DNA of 64,000 nucleotides from Eledone cirrhosa (Eukaryota), in assembly GCA_964016885.1 (NCBI GenBank), contig OZ024740.1:230020001-230084000 (forward strand), written 5' to 3'. Shown one piece after another: positions 59,955 to 64,000 of the stretch. The notes beneath the pieces were generated by a model, which was not told where the DNA came from, searched no databases, and worked only from the letters and a program-made list of their open reading frames with translations. The translations under genes were made by a program, and so were the position numbers. Position 1 is the first letter of the stretch. Each line of letters opens with the position of its first letter.

Positions 59955-62900
59955 ATGTGTGTGTATGAGTGTGTGAGAGAGTGTGTGTGTGAGTGTGTGA
60001 TAGCGTGTGTGTGTGTGTATGTGTGTGTGTGTGAGAGTGTGTGTGTGAGTGTGTGTGTGAGAGAGAGTGTATGTGTGAGAGAATGTGTGTGTGAGAGAGT
60101 GTGTGTGAGAGAGAGTGTGTGTGTGAGAGTGTGTGTGTGAGAGAGAGTGTATGTGTGAGAGTGTGTGTGTGAGAGTGTGTGTGTGAGAGAGAGTGTATGT
60201 GTGAGAGTGTGTGTGTGTGAGAGAATGTGTGTGAGAGAGACAGTGTATGTGTGAGAGAGAGTGTATGTGAGAGAGAGAGTGTGTGTGAGAGAGAGTGTAT
60301 GTGTGAGAGAGTGTGTGTGAGAGAGTGTATGTGAGAGAGAGTGTGTGTGAGAGAGAGTGTGTGTGAGAGAGTGTATGTGTGAGAGAGTGTGTGAGAGAGA
60401 GTGTGTGTGAGAGAGTGTATGTGTGAGAGAGTGTGTGTGAGAGAGAGTGTATGTGTGAGAGAGTATGTGAGAGAGAGAGTGTGTGTGTGAGAGAGTGTAT
60501 GTGTGAGAGTGTGCGTGTGAGAGAGAGTGTGTGTGAGAGAGAGTGTATCTGTGAGAGAGTGTGTGTGAGAGAGAGTGTATCTGTGAGAGAGTGTATCTGT
60601 GAGAGAGTGTATGTGTGAGAGTGTATGTGTGAGAGAGTGTGTATATGTGAGAGAGTGTATGTGTGAGAGTGTGCGTGTGGGAGAGAGTGTGTGTGAGAGA
60701 GAGTGTATCTGTGAGAGAGTGTATGTGTGAGAGTGTATGTGTGAGAGAGAGTGTATCTGTGAGAGAGTGTATGTGTGAGAGTGTGTGTGTGAGAGAGTGT
60801 GTATATGTGAGAGAGTGTATGTGTGAGAGTGTGCGTGTGGGAGAGAGTGTGTGTGAGAGAGAGTGTATCTGTGAGAGAGTGTATGTGTGAGAGTGTATGT
60901 GTGAGAGAGAGTGTATCTGTGAGAGAGTGTATGTGTGAGAGTGTATGTGTGAGAGAGAGTGTATCTGTGAGAGAGTGTATGTGTGAGAGTGTGCGTGTGG
61001 GAGAGAGTGTGTGTGAGAGAGAGTGTATCTGTGAGAGAGTGTATGTGTGAGAGAGTGTGTGTGAGAGAGAGTGTATCTGTGAGAGAGTTTATGTGTGAGA
61101 GTGTATGTGTGAGAGAGAGTGTATCTGTGAGAGAGTGTATGTGTGAACGTGTATGTGTGAGAGAGAGTGTATCTGTGAGAGAGTGTATGTGTGAGAGTGT
61201 GTGTGTGAGAGAGAGTGTATATGTGAGAGAGTGTATGTGTGAGAGTGTGTGTGTGAGAGAGAGTGTATATGTGAGAGAGTGTATGTGTGAGAAAGTGTGT
61301 GTGAGAGAGAGTGTGTGTGAGAGAGAGTGTATATGTGAGAGAGTGTATGTGTGAGAGCGTGTGTGTGAGAGAGAGTGTATATGTGAGAGAGTGTATGTGT
61401 GAGAGTGTGTGTGTGAGAGAGAGTGTATATGTGAGAGAGTGTATGTGTGAGAGAGTGTGTGTGAGAGAGAGTGTATCTGTGAGAGAGTGTATGTGTGAGA
61501 GAGTGTATGTGTGAGAGAGAGTGTATATGTGAGAGAGTGTATGTGTGAGAGAGTGTATGTGTGAGAGAGAGTGTATATGTGAGAGAGTGTATGTGTGAGA
61601 GAGTGTGTGTGAGAGAGAGTGTATATGTGAGAGAGTGTATGTGTGAGAGTGTGTGTGTGAGAGAGAGTGTATCTGTGAGAGAGTGTATGTGTGAGAGTGT
61701 GTTTGTGAGAGAGAGTGTATATGTGAGAGAGTGTATGTGTGAGAGTGTGTGTGTGAGAGAGTGTGTATATGTGAGAGAGTGTATGTGTGAGAGTGTGCGT
61801 GTGGGAGAGAGTGTGTGTGAGAGAGAGTGTATCTGTGAGAGAGTGTATGTGTGAGAGTGTATGTGTGAGAGAGAGTGTATCTGTGAGAGAGTGTATGTGT
61901 GAGAGTGTATGTGTGAGAGAGAGTGTATCTGTGAGAGAGTGTATGTGTGAGAGTGTGCGTGTGGGAGAGAGTGTGTGTGAGAGAGAGTGTATCTGTGAGA
62001 GAGTGTATGTGTGAGAGAGTGTGTGTGAGAGAGAGTGTATCTGTGAGAGAGTTTATGTGTGAGAGTGTATGTGTGAGAGAGAGTGTATCTGTGAGAGAGT
62101 GTATGTGTGAACGTGTATGTGTGAGAGAGAGTGTATCTGTGAGAGAGTGTATGTGTGAGAGTGTGTGTGTGAGAGAGAGTGTATATGTGAGAGAGTGTAT
62201 GTGTGAGAGTGTGTGTGTGAGAGAGAGTGTATATGTGAGAGAGTGTATGTGTGAGAAAGTGTGTGTGAGAGAGAGTGTGTGTGAGAGAGAGTGTATATGT
62301 GAGAGAGTGTATGTGTGAGAGCGTGTGTGTGAGAGAGAGTGTATATGTGAGAGAGTGTATGTGTGAGAGTGTGTGTGTGAGAGAGAGTGTATATGTGAGA
62401 GAGTGTATGTGTGAGAGAGTGTGTGTGAGAGAGAGTGTATCTGTGAGAGAGTGTATGTGTGAGAGAGTGTATGTGTGAGAGAGAGTGTATATGTGAGAGA
62501 GTGTATGTGTGAGAGAGTGTATGTGTGAGAGAGAGTGTATATGTGAGAGAGTGTATGTGTGAGAGAGTGTGTGTGAGAGAGAGTGTATATGTGAGAGAGT
62601 GTATGTGTGAGAGTGTGTGTGTGAGAGAGAGTGTATCTGTGAGAGAGTGTATGTGTGAGAGTGTGTTTGTGAGAGAGAGTGTATATGTGAGAGAGTGTAT
62701 GTGTGAGAGTGTGTATGTGAGAGAGAGTGTATATGTGAGAGAGTGTATGTGTGAGAGAGTGTGTGTGTGAGAGAGAGTGTATCTGTGAGAGAGTGTATGT
62801 GTGAGAGAGTGTATGTGTGAGAGAGAGTGTATATGTGAGAGAGTGTATGTGTGAGAGTGTGTGTGTGAGAGAGAGTGTATCTGTGAGAGAGTGTATGTGT

Positions 62901-64000
62901 GAGAGTGTGTTTGTGAGAGAGAGTGTATATGTGAGAGAGTGTATGTGTGAGAGTGTGTATGTGAGAGAGAGTGTATATGTGAGAGAGTGTATGTGTGAGA
63001 GTGTGTGTGTGTGAGAGAGAGTGTATCTGTGAGAGAGTGTATGTGTGAACGTGTGTGTGTGAGAGAGAGTGTATATGTGAGAAAGTGTGTGTGAGAGAGA
63101 GTGTGTGTGAGAGAGTGTATGTGTCAGAGTGTGTGTGTTAGAGAATGTGTGTGAGAGAGACAGTGTATGTGTGAGAGTGTGTGTGTGAGAGAGTGTATGT
63201 GCGAGAGACTGTGTGTGAGAGAGTGTGTGTGTGAGAGAGTGTGTGTGAGAGAGAGTGTGTGTGAGAGTGTGTGTGTGGAGTTTGAGAGAGAGTGTATGTG
63301 AGAGAGAATGTGTGTGAGAGAGTGTGTGTGTGTGTGAGAGTGTGTGTGTGAGAGAGTGTGTGTGTGAGAGAGTGTGTGTGAGAGAGTGTGTGTGTGAGAG
63401 TGTGTGTGTGGAGTTTGAGAGAGAGTGTATGTGAGAGAGAATGTGTGTGAGAGAGTGTGTGTGTGTGTGTGAGAGTGTGTGTGTGAGAGAGTGTGTGTGA
63501 GAGAGAGTGTGTGTGAGAGTGTATGTGTGAGAGAGAGTGAGTGTGAGAGACAATGTGTGTGAGAGTGTATGTGTGAGAGAGAGTGTATGTGTGAGAAAGT
63601 GTGTGTGAGAGAGAGTGTGTGTGAGAGAGTGTATGTGTCAGAGTGTGTGTGTTAGAGAATGTGTGTGAGAGAGACAGTGTATGTGTGAGAGTGTGTGTGT
63701 GAGAGAGTGTATGTGCGAGAGACTGTGTGTGAGAGAGTGTGTGTGTGAGAGAGTGTGTGTGAGAGAGAGTGTCTGTGAGAGAGAGTGTATGTGTGAGAGA
63801 GTGTGTGTGAGAGAGAGTGTATGTGCGAGAGACTATGTGTGAGAGAGTGTGTGTGTGAGAGAGTGTGTGTGAGAGAGAGTGTATGTGTGTGAGAGAGAAT
63901 GTGTGTGTGAGAGAGTGTATGTGAGAGAGAATGTGTGTGTGTATGTGTGAGAGAGTGTATGTGTGAGAGAATGTGTGTGTGAGAGAGTGTGTGTGAGAGA
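59955..64000. repeat. (GA/GT)n-derived minisatellite with a 964-bp higher-order duplication
   Basis: Matching pseudo-ORFs offset by 964 bp (60983/61947, 61311/62275, 61561/62525). Confidence 0.97.

Noticed and set aside
57917-63553. Long HT/CV/SL-rich ORFs (also 24.7-28.9 kb and 40.7-42.2 kb)
   Set aside because: Dinucleotide-derived satellite translations

Overview
Eukaryotic, AT-rich, microsatellite-saturated DNA with no supportable host gene. The SINE families and simple-repeat load look like a coleoid cephalopod (Octopus-like) genome; this is inference from repeat style, not a database match. Recognisable content is all mobile DNA: a decayed near-full-length L1/Tx1-clade retrotransposon lacking its RT core (9.35-13.87 kb), 3' fragments of R4-, RTE- and CR1-type LINEs, a mariner deletion derivative, Helitron termini and non-autonomous copies, piggyBac- and hAT-like MITE ends, three SINE-type families, and large tandem arrays (2.5-4.2, 24.7-28.8 and 40.7-64 kb). 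Almost all ORFs in the supplied track are repeat artefacts. The standout signal is about 14 type I hammerhead ribozyme (HHR) motifs, intact or degenerate. Eight sit within 21.1-24.4 kb. They lie in short ORF-less cassettes, mostly next to (TA)n tracts, and several are inside head-to-head inverted repeats carrying a ribozyme on each strand. This resembles Penelope-like element (PLE) pseudo-LTR or retrozyme remnants. The PLE-HHR link is established; the density, diversity and self-antisense layout here merit testing.
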